Assembly (NCBI GenBank): GCA_050949565.1
Contig: JBMNFY010000017.1
Coordinates: forward strand, 640,001-704,000
Source: Kiritimatiellia bacterium
GTDB lineage: Bacteria; Verrucomicrobiota; Kiritimatiellia; RFP12; UBA1067
Direction of reading: 5' to 3'
Length of the DNA: 64,000 nt
Below the pieces are notes generated by a model. The model had not been told where the DNA came from and did no database searches. It worked only from the letters and a program-made list of their open reading frames with translations. Position numbers and translations under genes: made by a program. This document shows, in pieces, positions 18,673 to 28,844 of the stretch. Numbering within the stretch: the stretch's first letter is position 1; each line of letters starts with the position of its first letter.

Positions 18673-18772
18673 GAGGCTTTTGCAAAACCCCTCGTGGCAT
18701 GGGCGTCCCGCCCATGAAGCACGGGCAAGATGCCCGTGCCACAACTACAGGCAAGGGTTTTGCAAGAACCTC
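18673..18772. mobile_element. 100-bp MITE with IS-type TIRs, internal REP doublet and 5-bp target-site duplication
   Basis: GAGGCTTTTGCAAAACCC...GGGTTTTGCAAGAACCTC flanked by ACTCC on both sides (18668-18672, 18773-18777). Confidence 0.88.
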
Positions 18773-18794
18773 ACTCCGAGTTGGCCCAAACATA

Positions 18795-19610
18795 TCACAC
18801 ATCGGGGACCACCTTCACGCATAAAAAGAGCGGCTCGTCGGGGTTCACGCCGTAGCGGCGGGCATCAATCGCCGGCAAGCACTCGGCATGCTTGACGAGC
18901 GTGAGCTGAAATCCGGGCGCACGGATGCGGTCGAACAGGTCGCACCCGTAGAGCCGCACATGATCCTCCTGCCCGTAGAACTCAATGCGCTTGGCGTCCG
19001 TCGCAATTTCCGGATCCTCTAAGCTCGTTTCCAGGCCCGAGGCGAACGGGGTTTGCAGGATGGCGCTCCCCCCCGGACGCAGGACACGCCAGATTTCATT
19101 GAGTGCGCGCGCATCGTCCGGCACATGCTCCAGAACGTGGTTGCAGATCACCCAATCGAACGAAGCATCGGCGTGAGGGATTTGCGTCACATCAATGCGC
19201 TCCACCCCTTCACGGCTCGGAACGAGGTCGCCTTTGACATACCGTTCCGGTTGACACGTCTCGATACGCGCGGCGAGATGTTTTTCCGGCGCCAGATGCA
19301 GGATCGACGCGCCCGCCAACTTGCCCCAGATGCCCAGTTGGTCGAAGTAGAGCATCAGGTGGCGCTCGCGGTCATGGCTGCGACAGAAGGGACACCAGAA
19401 GTTATCGAAATCGCTGCCGGTCCATTTGACATTGTGCAGGTAGGGCGAAAAGCTTTTCCAGCCGCCGCGGAATCGCGAGAAACGGAAAAAGCTGTGACCG
19501 CAGACGCAGCACTGCCGCGCACGGCCGAGGCCATTCACAAAACGCCGCATCCGCCGCAGCGCACCGACCTTCTCCTGTTTGGCCCGGTATTCCATACACG
19601 TCCCTTTCAA
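18795..19610 (-). CDS. Class I SAM-dependent methyltransferase with N-terminal CxxC motifs
   Basis: ILHLAPE, DVTQIPHADASFDWVICNHVLEHVPDD...WRVLRPGG, EFYGQEDHVRLYG. Alternative ATG at 19595. Confidence 0.85.
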   Translation of the reverse strand: MKGTCMEYRAKQEKVGALRRMRRFVNGLGRARQCCVCGHSFFRFSRFRGGWKSFSPYLHNVKWTGSDFDNFWCPFCRSHDRERHLMLYFDQLGIWGKLAGASILHLAPEKHLAARIETCQPERYVKGDLVPSREGVERIDVTQIPHADASFDWVICNHVLEHVPDDARALNEIWRVLRPGGSAILQTPFASGLETSLEDPEIATDAKRIEFYGQEDHVRLYGCDLFDRIRAPGFQLTLVKHAECLPAIDARRYGVNPDEPLFLCVKVVPDV

Positions 19611-20380
19611 CTGCCGATATGCGCCTCACCGGAGTAGACCGGCACCGCTCCCTGCGGCGTCACCAACCGCAACGCGCCATCCGGCAGAATGCCGTCCGCA
19701 CGGCCCGCCAGACGGGTTCCCGCCTGATCCACCTCAATCTCCTGCCCGCGCAACGCATCCCGTTGCGCCAGGCGCGGCAACAACGGCTCAAGCCCCTCGA
19801 CACGCCAGCAGTCGTAAAGTGGCTCAAACGCATTCAAGATCGCAGCCAGCACTGCCTCGCGCGAGAAGTCGCGCCCCGTTGCGATACGCAACGAGGTGGC
19901 GCGTTCACGCAACTCGACGGGCAGCATGGCGCACGTAAGATTAACGTTCACGCCGATACCGAGCGTGATGTGGTGAACACGACCGGTCTCAGCCTGCATC
20001 TCGCAGAGCACGCCGCAGAGTTTGCGGCCGCCACTCAGAATATCGTTGGGCCACTTGATCATCGGCGCACAGGCCGGCGCCGTCTGTTCGAGCGCCTCGG
20101 CAACCGCCAGCCCCGCCACCAATGGCAACGAGGCGGCATGCCCCGGCTCGATCATCGGACGCAGCAGCAGAGAGAAATAGAGATTCACGCCGGGCGGAGA
20201 GAACCAGACGCGCGTCATGCGGCCGCGCCCCGCGCTCTGCTGGTCAGCGACAACCACCACCCCTTCCGGCGCACCGGTCTGCGCCAGCGCCGCAATATCA
20301 CGGTTGGTTGAGACGCTCTCCGCCACATAGCGCAAGTCGCGTCCGATCCGCTGCGTGGTTAAAAGTGATGCCAGTGTCAT
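19607..20380 (-). CDS. birA: Biotin--[acetyl-CoA-carboxylase] ligase (no N-terminal HTH)
   Basis: STN, QSAGRGR..RVWFSP, IKWPNDI, KLCGVLCE, GIGVNVN. ATG 20380 overlaps the upstream stop. Confidence 0.93.
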   Translation of the reverse strand: MTLASLLTTQRIGRDLRYVAESVSTNRDIAALAQTGAPEGVVVVADQQSAGRGRMTRVWFSPPGVNLYFSLLLRPMIEPGHAASLPLVAGLAVAEALEQTAPACAPMIKWPNDILSGGRKLCGVLCEMQAETGRVHHITLGIGVNVNLTCAMLPVELRERATSLRIATGRDFSREAVLAAILNAFEPLYDCWRVEGLEPLLPRLAQRDALRGQEIEVDQAGTRLAGRADGILPDGALRLVTPQGAVPVYSGEAHIGS

Positions 20381-21015
20381 GTGAAGTAGGGATTGCTTCG
20401 TTTCTCCGCTCCCAACGTGGTCATCGGACCATGCCCGCATATCACACGCGTCTCATCCGGCAACTCCTGCAAGCGCCGCAACGAAGCCTGCAACTCATCC
20501 CAACTGCCGCCCGGGAAGTCGGTGCGCCCGACCGACCCTGCAAAGAGCGTGTCGCCCGCGACCAGCAAGCCGTCGGCCTCGAAATACAGGCACCAGCCGC
20601 CGGGCGTATGTCCCGGCGTGTGGATCAAACGCGCCGTCAATCCGCCGAACGACAGCGTATCGTCATCGCGCTTACTCGTGTCCAGCGTGGCCGGACGGCG
20701 CGTCGCCGGATAGGGCGGCATCGCGTTCAGCGGCGAGAAGGCGAATGTCACGTCGTCCGCATGCAGATAGACCGGCACCGGATGAGCGGCGACGATGTCG
20801 TTCACCGCCGAGATGTGATCAAAATGGGCATGCGTCAGCACGACGGCGGCCGGCGTGAGCCCGTTGCGCCGCAGGGCTTCCAGCAGCGTGCCGCCATCCG
20901 CGCCGGGGTCCACCACCCACGCCTGATCCGGCTCCTGCCAAAGCAACACACTGTTCGCCGCGTACGGCCCGACTGGAATCACCTCGATATGGATCACACC
21001 CCTACTCCCGTTCAC
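20377..21015 (-). CDS. MBL-fold metallo-hydrolase (glyoxalase II-like)
   Basis: THAHFDH, HTPGHTPG, GDTLF.GSVGRTD, CGHG. Possible GTG start at 20997. Confidence 0.92.
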   Translation of the reverse strand: MNGSRGVIHIEVIPVGPYAANSVLLWQEPDQAWVVDPGADGGTLLEALRRNGLTPAAVVLTHAHFDHISAVNDIVAAHPVPVYLHADDVTFAFSPLNAMPPYPATRRPATLDTSKRDDDTLSFGGLTARLIHTPGHTPGGWCLYFEADGLLVAGDTLFAGSVGRTDFPGGSWDELQASLRRLQELPDETRVICGHGPMTTLGAEKRSNPYFT

Positions 21016-21849
21016 TGTCCCGCGCGGCGCACACAGCGGAAGCCGCCGAACACACTCGCCTCGCCATTGCCGCTGTTCTCACTGCGGTAGCCGCACCGCA
21101 CGCCGCCGCCGTCCGCATCCCAGCTCCCGCCGCGGAAGGTGCGGCTGGCACCCTTCGGCGCCCAGCACCACTCCCAGACATTGCCTGCCATGTCGTAGAG
21201 CCCGAAACCGTTGGGCTCGAACGACGCAACCGGAGAAGTGTAGGGCATCGCCGCCTTGGCGTAATCCGGATGGTGCCCGCGCGTCGTGCTCACATCGTTG
21301 GTGTCGCCAGCGAGAGCTGAAATAGTTGGCCTGCTTCTGGCTGATGGTATCGCCCCACGGATAGCGTTTGCCGACCTGCCCGCCGCGCGCCGCGTACTCC
21401 CACTCGATATGGGTGGGTAGCCGGTAACCGGAAGCCGAGAACGAACAGTCGGGCGCGCCGCCCGAACGGCGGCATATCACGCCGCCCACGCGGTAGCAGG
21501 GGCCGAGCCCCTCCTTCTCGCTGCGGGCGTTGCACCACTTGACGCTGTCGACCCAGTTGACGCCCTGCACCGGATGGTCATCCGCCTTGCCGGCGCCCAC
21601 ACCGGCCAGATCGTCGTACCCGTTAGTGACCGCCCAATCGCGCACCTCACGCCAGTGGGCCCACGTCACCTCGGTCGCATCCATGTGGAAAGGCTCCTCC
21701 ACCGTCAGCGCATAGTCGCCGAAATCCGGATCCTTCCCTTCGTTGGTACCCGCCGGTATCCGCACCGCCGCCGGGCGGCCCACACCCTCTGCGGCCCATC
21801 CGGCCCATGCCAGCGCCGCTATCGTCACACACATCACACCGCGCATCAT
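21012..21849 (-). pseudogene. FGE-sulfatase (SUMF1/C-type-lectin fold) domain secreted protein, split by a frameshift at ~21311-21316
   Basis: 5' part has HPVQGVNW, YRLPTHIEWEYAARGG, YPWG; 3' part in another frame has PNGFGLYDMAGNVWEW, RGGSW, GFRCVR. May be a sequencing error. Confidence 0.8.
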
Positions 21850-21922
21850 GCTCCCCGATCTCCTTAAAAAAAATGGCTTACCGCAACGGGAGTCCCCGCC
21901 AGAATGCGGCATTTCGACTTTC

Positions 21923-21951
21923 ATTATGTGGGGGGGCGGAAAAACAGTCAA
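21923..21951 (-). promoter_or_regulatory. Putative sigma70 promoter with a C7 tract in the spacer
   Basis: TTGACT-17 nt (GTTTTTCCGCCCCCCCA)-CATAAT. Confidence 0.6.
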
Positions 21952-21983
21952 TCCCGTTCTGCAATCGTTTCATTTTTCACACT

Positions 21984-22367
21984 TCGGCGTTCTGAGTTGG
22001 GCGTTCGGTATTCTGCGTTCAAAAAGCCGAGCACAGCTTTTACACTCGCCGTTGCGAGCCACTTTTTGTGACCACAGAGAGGTCACAAAGACGAGATTAA
22101 AACCTCACCATGCAGCCGCGCCGCGCCCATGATCATTCACAGCATTTGGGGGCACTTTGTGGGCGGTCTCCGCGCACAACGCCATTGCATGCCCTGTGCG
22201 CACCCGGTGCCCGTACACTCGCCAGTTTTTACACTCATCATTGTGACCACTGAGTGGTCGCAATAATCGATACCGATACCGATTCCGATAGCGATACCGA
22301 TTCCGACGGGGCCTCTCTCCACGCGCAGTTCCTGAAACCAGCCTCTGCGTCTCTGCGCCTCTGCGTT
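21984..22367. repeat. Composite repeat island, including copy 2 of the ~115-bp hairpin repeat (22156-22267)
   Basis: GCGTTC heptamer run, TTTGTGACC-ACAGAGA-GGTCACAAA hairpin, hexamer run ATACCG/ATTCCG x6, CTCTGCG x3. Confidence 0.8.
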
Positions 22368-22417
22368 AAAAAAAACGCGCCCCGCCCGCGCGGCTGAAAC
22401 CGCGCGTGACGGAGCGC
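22368..22417 (-). terminator. Rho-independent terminator of the dnaK-groES-groEL operon
   Basis: GC-rich stem CGCGCGG-TTTCAG-CCGCGCG extended by GCGC pairs, followed by a T8 tract. Confidence 0.7.
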
Positions 22418-22434
22418 TGACGGCTCTGCGTCTC

Positions 22435-24060
<1,626 letters not shown>

Positions 24061-24096
24061 TTTAGAATTCTCCTTGAGGAGTCATTGTGAATGTGT

Positions 24097-24387
24097 TTAC
24101 AGAATCACGCCCAGCAGGTCATCTTCGCGAACGAGCTGGTAGGTCTTTTCGTCAATCTTGATTTCCGTGCCGCCGTACTTGGGCAGGAGCACTTTGTCGC
24201 CGGCCTTCACGTCGAACGGAATCTCTTTGCCGTCCTCATCACGCTTCTTACCGACGGCAATGACCTTACCCTCCATCGGCTTCTCTTTGGCAGAATCGGG
24301 AATAATGATACCGCCTTTGCTGACTTCCTTAACGTCAAGTGGCTCGACCAACACGCGGTCGCCGAGCGGACGAATCTTTGTCGCCAT
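24097..24387 (-). CDS. groES: Co-chaperonin GroES
   Basis: [26 protein letters not shown] at 24387 with an AGGAG RBS. Confidence 0.98.
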   Translation of the reverse strand: MATKIRPLGDRVLVEPLDVKEVSKGGIIIPDSAKEKPMEGKVIAVGKKRDEDGKEIPFDVKAGDKVLLPKYGGTEIKIDEKTYQLVREDDLLGVIL

Positions 24388-24463
24388 GTTTTTTCTCTCC
24401 TTTTTGGGGTTAAGTTCGGAGGGGGCAGTCACCCCGCCCCCTTACGATTGTTTCGGGTTAAAA

Positions 24464-26408
24464 TCAGTTCTTCTTGTCGTCGTCCATCATGGTGTAGTCG
24501 GCATCGATCACGCCGTCATCACCAGGCGTTTTCGCGGACGAGGCCGAGGAGTCCTCGGTCGCGGTGCCGCTGTCGGACGCGCCGCCGAAGCCTTCCGCAC
24601 CGGGCTGGCCATCCGGCTGCTGGGCGTACATGCCCTCGGTCACGGCGGACATCGCCTTGTTGAGCGCTTCCTGCTTGGCCTTGATCTCGTCGATAGACCC
24701 GCCCTTCAGCGCCTCCTTCAGATCCGCAACCGCCTTCTCGACCGGTGCCTTCTTGTCGGCCGGGATCTTGTCGGCGCTCTCCGAGAGCAACTTCTCGACC
24801 TGATAGCAGAGGTTCTCCGCCTGGTTGCGCGTCTCGACCTCCTCGCGCCGCTTGGCGTCCTCGGTCGCGTGCATTTCGGCGTCCTTGCACATGCGGTCGA
24901 TCTCTTCCTTGGAGAGACCGCTGGAGGCCGTGATCGTGATCTTCTGCTCCTTGCCGGTGCCGAGATCCTTGGCGCTGACATTGAGGATGCCGTTGGCGTC
25001 GATATCGAAGGACACCTCGATCTGCGGGCGTCCGCGCGGTGCGGGCGGGATGCCGTCCAGATGGAACTTGCCGATGGTCTTGTTGTCGCCGGCCATCTTA
25101 CGCTCGCCCTGGAGCACGTGGATCTCGACCGACGGCTGGTTATCCGCCGCCGTGCTGAAGATCTCGCTCTTCTTGGTCGGGATCGTCGTGTTGCGCTCGA
25201 TGAGGGGCGTCATCACGCCGCCGAGCGTCTCGATGCCGAGCGTCAGCGGGGTCACGTCCAGCAACAGCACGTCCTTGACCTCGCCCTTGAGGATGCCGCC
25301 CTGAATCGCCGCGCCGACCGCCACCACCTCGTCGGGGTTGACGCCCTTATGCGGCTCTTTGCCGAACAGCTCCTTGGCCTTCTCCTGCAACTCTGGGCAT
25401 GCGCGTCTGGCCTCCGACCAGCACCACCTCGTCAACGGTCTTAAGATCGGCATCGTCCATGCACTTGCGGCAAGGTTGCGCCGTGCGCTCAATCAAGTCA
25501 TCGGTAAGCTGCTCCAGCTTGGCGCGGGTCAACGTGACCATCAGATGCTTGGGGCCACTGGCGTCTGCCGTGATAAAGGGCAGGTTGATGTCGGTGTTGG
25601 CCGCCGAAGAGAGTTCGCACTTGGCCTTCTCCGCAGCCTCCTTCAGGCGCTGCAGGGCCATCATGTCCTTGGAGAGGTCGATCCCGTTCTCCTTGCGGAA
25701 CTCTTCGATCAGCCAGTTCATCACCGCCTGGTCGAGATCGTCGCCGCCGAGATGGGTATCGCCGTTGGTGGCCTTCACCTCGAACACGCCGTCGCCGATG
25801 TCGAGCACCGAAATATCGAACGTGCCGCCGCCGAAGTCGTAGACCGCGATCTTCTCATCCTTTTTCTTGTCCAGCCCATACGCCAGCGAAGCGGCCGTCG
25901 GCTCATTGATGATACGCAGCACTTCGAGCCCCGCGATACGTCCCGCGTCCTTGGTGGCCTGGCGCTGGCTGTCATTAAAGTACGCCGGCACCGTGATGAC
26001 GGCCTGCGTGATCGTGGTACCAAGATAAGCCTCGGCATCGGCCTTCAGCTTCTGCAAGATCATCGCCGAAATCTCCGGCGGCGAATAGGTCTTGTCGTCG
26101 ATCTTCACATGGGCGTCGCCGTTCGCGGCGCGCACGACCTCGTACGGCACCATCGAGACCTCATTCGCCATCTCATCATAACGGCGTCCCATGAACCGCT
26201 TGATCGAATAGACCGTGTTCTTGGGGTTGGTCACCGCCTGCCGCTTGGCCGCCTGGCCCACCAGACGCTCACCACTCTTGGTGAACGCAACAATGGACGG
26301 CGTCGTGCGCATCCCTTCAGCGTTCGGGACCACGACCGGCTCGCCGCCTTCCATAACGGACATGCAGGAGTTGGTCGTTCCTAAGTCAATTCCTAAAACT
26401 TTTGCCAT
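24464..26408 (-). CDS. dnaK: Chaperone DnaK with an apparent +1 frameshift at ~25388-25390
   Basis: [25 protein letters not shown] in one frame; [27 protein letters not shown] in the next. Removing one base gives [18 protein letters not shown]. Confidence 0.95.
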
Positions 26409-26482
26409 AGTTGTTCTCTGCTCCATTCCATCCGTCTGGGTTCTCGCTGTAACAAAACGAATGCGACGGACGCCCTTAATCA

Positions 26483-26498
26483 AGCAACCGACATGCCA
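26483..26498 (-). promoter_or_regulatory. Sigma54 (-24/-12) promoter upstream of dnaK
   Basis: TGGCATGTCGGTTGCT, with the GG-N10-GC spacing of the TGGCAC-N5-TTGCW consensus, 75 bp before the dnaK ATG. Confidence 0.75.
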
Positions 26499-26654
26499 TC
26501 TTTTTTAAACACATTTGACGAAACAATACATAACATGCTTAACCACAACGTGTTATGACTTTTTCACCCCGTCTCTGCCCATTTGATCGGGACACGCTCG
26601 AAAACATTATGTCACACCCAATCTGTCACTTTGAGCCAAAATCGGGCAATTATG

Positions 26655-26765
26655 TCTCACACAAAGGCACAAAGGACGCGAAGGGGTTTTTGGAGCCTGC
26701 TCGGGGTTTGTTTAACGCAGAGGCGCAGAGACGCAGAGGTGTGGCACGGGCATCTTGCCCGTGTC
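26655..26765. repeat. Triplet-linker-triplet unit plus GTGG REP hairpin
   Basis: CACAAAGG/GACGCGAAGG triplet, linker GGTTTTTGGAGCCTGCTCGGGGTTTGTTT, ACGCAGAG x3, GTGGCACGGGCATCTTGCCCGTG. Confidence 0.8.
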
Positions 26766-26821
26766 TGGAGTGCAAGCACTGCTAAAAAACGCGGGCTGCA
26801 CAGAGGTTGCCGGCGGCTCAA

Positions 26822-27001
26822 TCAATCGTCGATCAATGTGCCGAGTTTGTTCAGAACATCATGCACGACTTCTTGGGTGGGCGCACAACAAAAAGATGCC
26901 TGACGCGCCTTCCAATCCAGACTTTTCACCTGATCTGCCAGAATCACGCCGGACACCTGTAGCCCGTGCGGAAGGGCAACCTCGAAGGGATATCCTACCA
27001 T
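26822..27001 (-). pseudogene. mazF: Truncated MazF/PemK toxin (C-terminal half only, 59 aa)
   Basis: Manual translation MVGYPFEVALPHGLQVSGVILADQVKSLDWKARQASFCCAPTQEVVHDVLNKLGTLIDD matches the MazF C-terminal GYPFEV...ADQVKS.DW.AR motif. The N-terminal region is absent. Confidence 0.85.
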
Positions 27002-27108
27002 CCTTCCTTTCCAACGGCGGCTCCGCTTGAAATCTCATCATGCCGGTTGTAGTAGTTGCACGTCGCGCACTTCTTATCCGTCACTCTGAATGTTCCATAG
27101 GCGCTCAT
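26995..27108 (-). pseudogene. 37-aa chimeric ORF: CxxC peptide fused to a MazE antitoxin C-terminus
   Basis: MSAYGTFRVTDKKCATCNYYNRHDEISSGAAVGKEGW. The tail resembles the MazE C-terminus and its stop overlaps the mazF ATG. Confidence 0.65.
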
Positions 27109-28157
27109 TCTTCGTCCTCATCCTCATCCTCATCATCTTCTTCTTCGCAATAAGCCGCGTACTTGTCGCAAGCTTGTACAGCGAGGCCCATGAACATGTC
27201 TCTGCACGCAATAAGAACAGACCTACGACGTCTGGGGTTTAAGAGCTCCAAGACTGTAAACGTAAGAAGTGACTGCACGTCCGAAATGGACTCGACAGCG
27301 TTTTTTGCCTCATTGGCATACATTTCACGTGGGTCGGGAACTTCTGTCTCGGGATATTCCTCCGACTCATCATCATCGATTTCGATCGGGGTATCACCGG
27401 TTTCGATGAATCTTTCTGCGAGGGTCTCCGCCCCCTTGACCGAGAGCATTTCGGGAACCTTTTCCCAGTCAAGATCCTCACCCCTAGCGAACAATGAACG
27501 AGCGTAGTGCGTTAACATCCGCTTTTGGAGCGCAAGAAGCTCATTGCCCAGTTCTTTCTTGATCCCTCCAGATACATCCTGCCCCAAGTACTCGTATCCG
27601 GCGACCAGTGCGGTAAGGCCAACGATTCGGCAACAACTTCCGAGATTTTCGTCTTCCAATTCGCCAAGTATGTTGGATGCCTTGATCGTGTAGTGGCGCA
27701 CGGGGGTCAGGTGCTGTGTGATAATCCGCTCTGCTAGTTCCCTATCTATATTGTTTTCGGCAAGGATGGCTTTCATGGCCGTGACGCTTGCTTTCAGGTC
27801 GTCGAGTGCGTTCCGCGCACGATCACGTTCCATTTTCTCGATGACGGTAAGTGACTCAGATTTGATGAGCGTACCAAGGATTTCCGTGCTTTGCTTGATG
27901 GTCCGTTTGAGTTGATCTTGACTCCGAGCGACAATCATGAGTGCTTCCGTCTGGATTTCCGCGCTTTGCCTGATGGCCCGCTCGAGTTGATCTTGATTCT
28001 GAACGATAGTCTCAAGCGCTTCCGTCTGGACTTTCGCGCCGGTAGCGCGATCTGCAAGCCCCAACGACTTGTCTACAAAGCCGATTATGCTGTCACCATG
28101 CTTATCCAAGATACCCACGGCAAGGCCGACTACACCTATGATTCCCGCTCCTGTCAT
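27105..28157 (-). CDS. Hypothetical protein (coiled-coil internal repeat, acidic C-terminus)
   Basis: 350-aa ORF with an AAGG-type RBS. Codon usage is visibly less GC-biased than its neighbours. Duplicated QTEAL...QDQL.R.I.QS.EI segment. Confidence 0.75.
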   Translation of the reverse strand: MTGAGIIGVVGLAVGILDKHGDSIIGFVDKSLGLADRATGAKVQTEALETIVQNQDQLERAIRQSAEIQTEALMIVARSQDQLKRTIKQSTEILGTLIKSESLTVIEKMERDRARNALDDLKASVTAMKAILAENNIDRELAERIITQHLTPVRHYTIKASNILGELEDENLGSCCRIVGLTALVAGYEYLGQDVSGGIKKELGNELLALQKRMLTHYARSLFARGEDLDWEKVPEMLSVKGAETLAERFIETGDTPIEIDDDESEEYPETEVPDPREMYANEAKNAVESISDVQSLLTFTVLELLNPRRRRSVLIACRDMFMGLAVQACDKYAAYCEEEDDEDEDEDEE

Positions 28158-28394
28158 GGTTACACCTTACTCCTTCTTCAATTTCTCGTGAACACGTTTC
28201 CGGCAACATTCGGCACCAGAATAATTCCAACCCCATCGAGCCCACCTCACAAGGCGGGCAGACTCAAAACAACACGGTCATGATAATCGCTCAGGTTGTA
28301 TATGGTCAAGCGCACATTTTTTGGTAATCGGTTGGTGACAGGGTTATGCGAGTTTGGAGCGTGTTTTGTGCCCATCTCGGCACACACAGGTCAA

Positions 28395-28675
28395 GCGAAG
28401 GATTTGGAGGCGGCGGCAAGTGGCGTTCCGCGCGACGCCGCTTTTTGAACGCAACTAAGGGACAGGTGTTCAGACTGCCCCAACTTCTGATTGAAACCAC
28501 GAATGGCACTAAACAAACGAAAACAAAGCCATGTCTTTCCATGTTCTGTGTTCCGTAGTCAAACAATCGATCCCGATAGCGATCCCGATCCCGATTTGGA
28601 TGAAACCATGAAACCTTGAAACCTGAAACCAAAAAGAGTTGAAGGTTCAACTGCTCTTTTGGTTTAAACCGATGT
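28395..28675. repeat. Composite repeat island ending in a palindromic element shared with 63241-63290
   Basis: GGAGGCGGCGGCAAG...CGACGCCGCTTT hairpin, ATCCCG hexamers, GAAACC(A/T)T octamers, AAAGAGTTGAAGGTTCAACTGCTCTTTT. Confidence 0.7.
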
Positions 28676-28763
28676 TTAAAAAATTTGTTTAAGTCGGCAA
28701 TAGGTTGGTCGCTACACCGTTTAACCAGTTGACTGTATACGCCAGAATTGCGGATCGAGTCGC

Positions 28764-28792
28764 TTGACGTCCCCATTCTGAGCGTTTACAAT
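28764..28792 (+). promoter_or_regulatory. Near-consensus sigma70 promoter
   Basis: TTGACG-17 nt-TACAAT, 52 bp upstream of ATG 28845. Confidence 0.7.
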
Positions 28793-28844
28793 CATAGACT
28801 CGGAGTTACGAACTGTTCACCATCGCGGGAGAAAGGGGAACGAC

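Noticed and set aside
21012-21150. DGR variable region in the FGE-sulfatase-fold gene
   Set aside because: No template repeat differing at adenines and no reverse transcriptase were seen in the window.
26410-26800. CIRCE/HrcA operator before dnaK or groES
   Set aside because: No TTAGCACTC-N9-GAGTGCTAA match; the GAGTGC at ~26768 lacks the partner arm.
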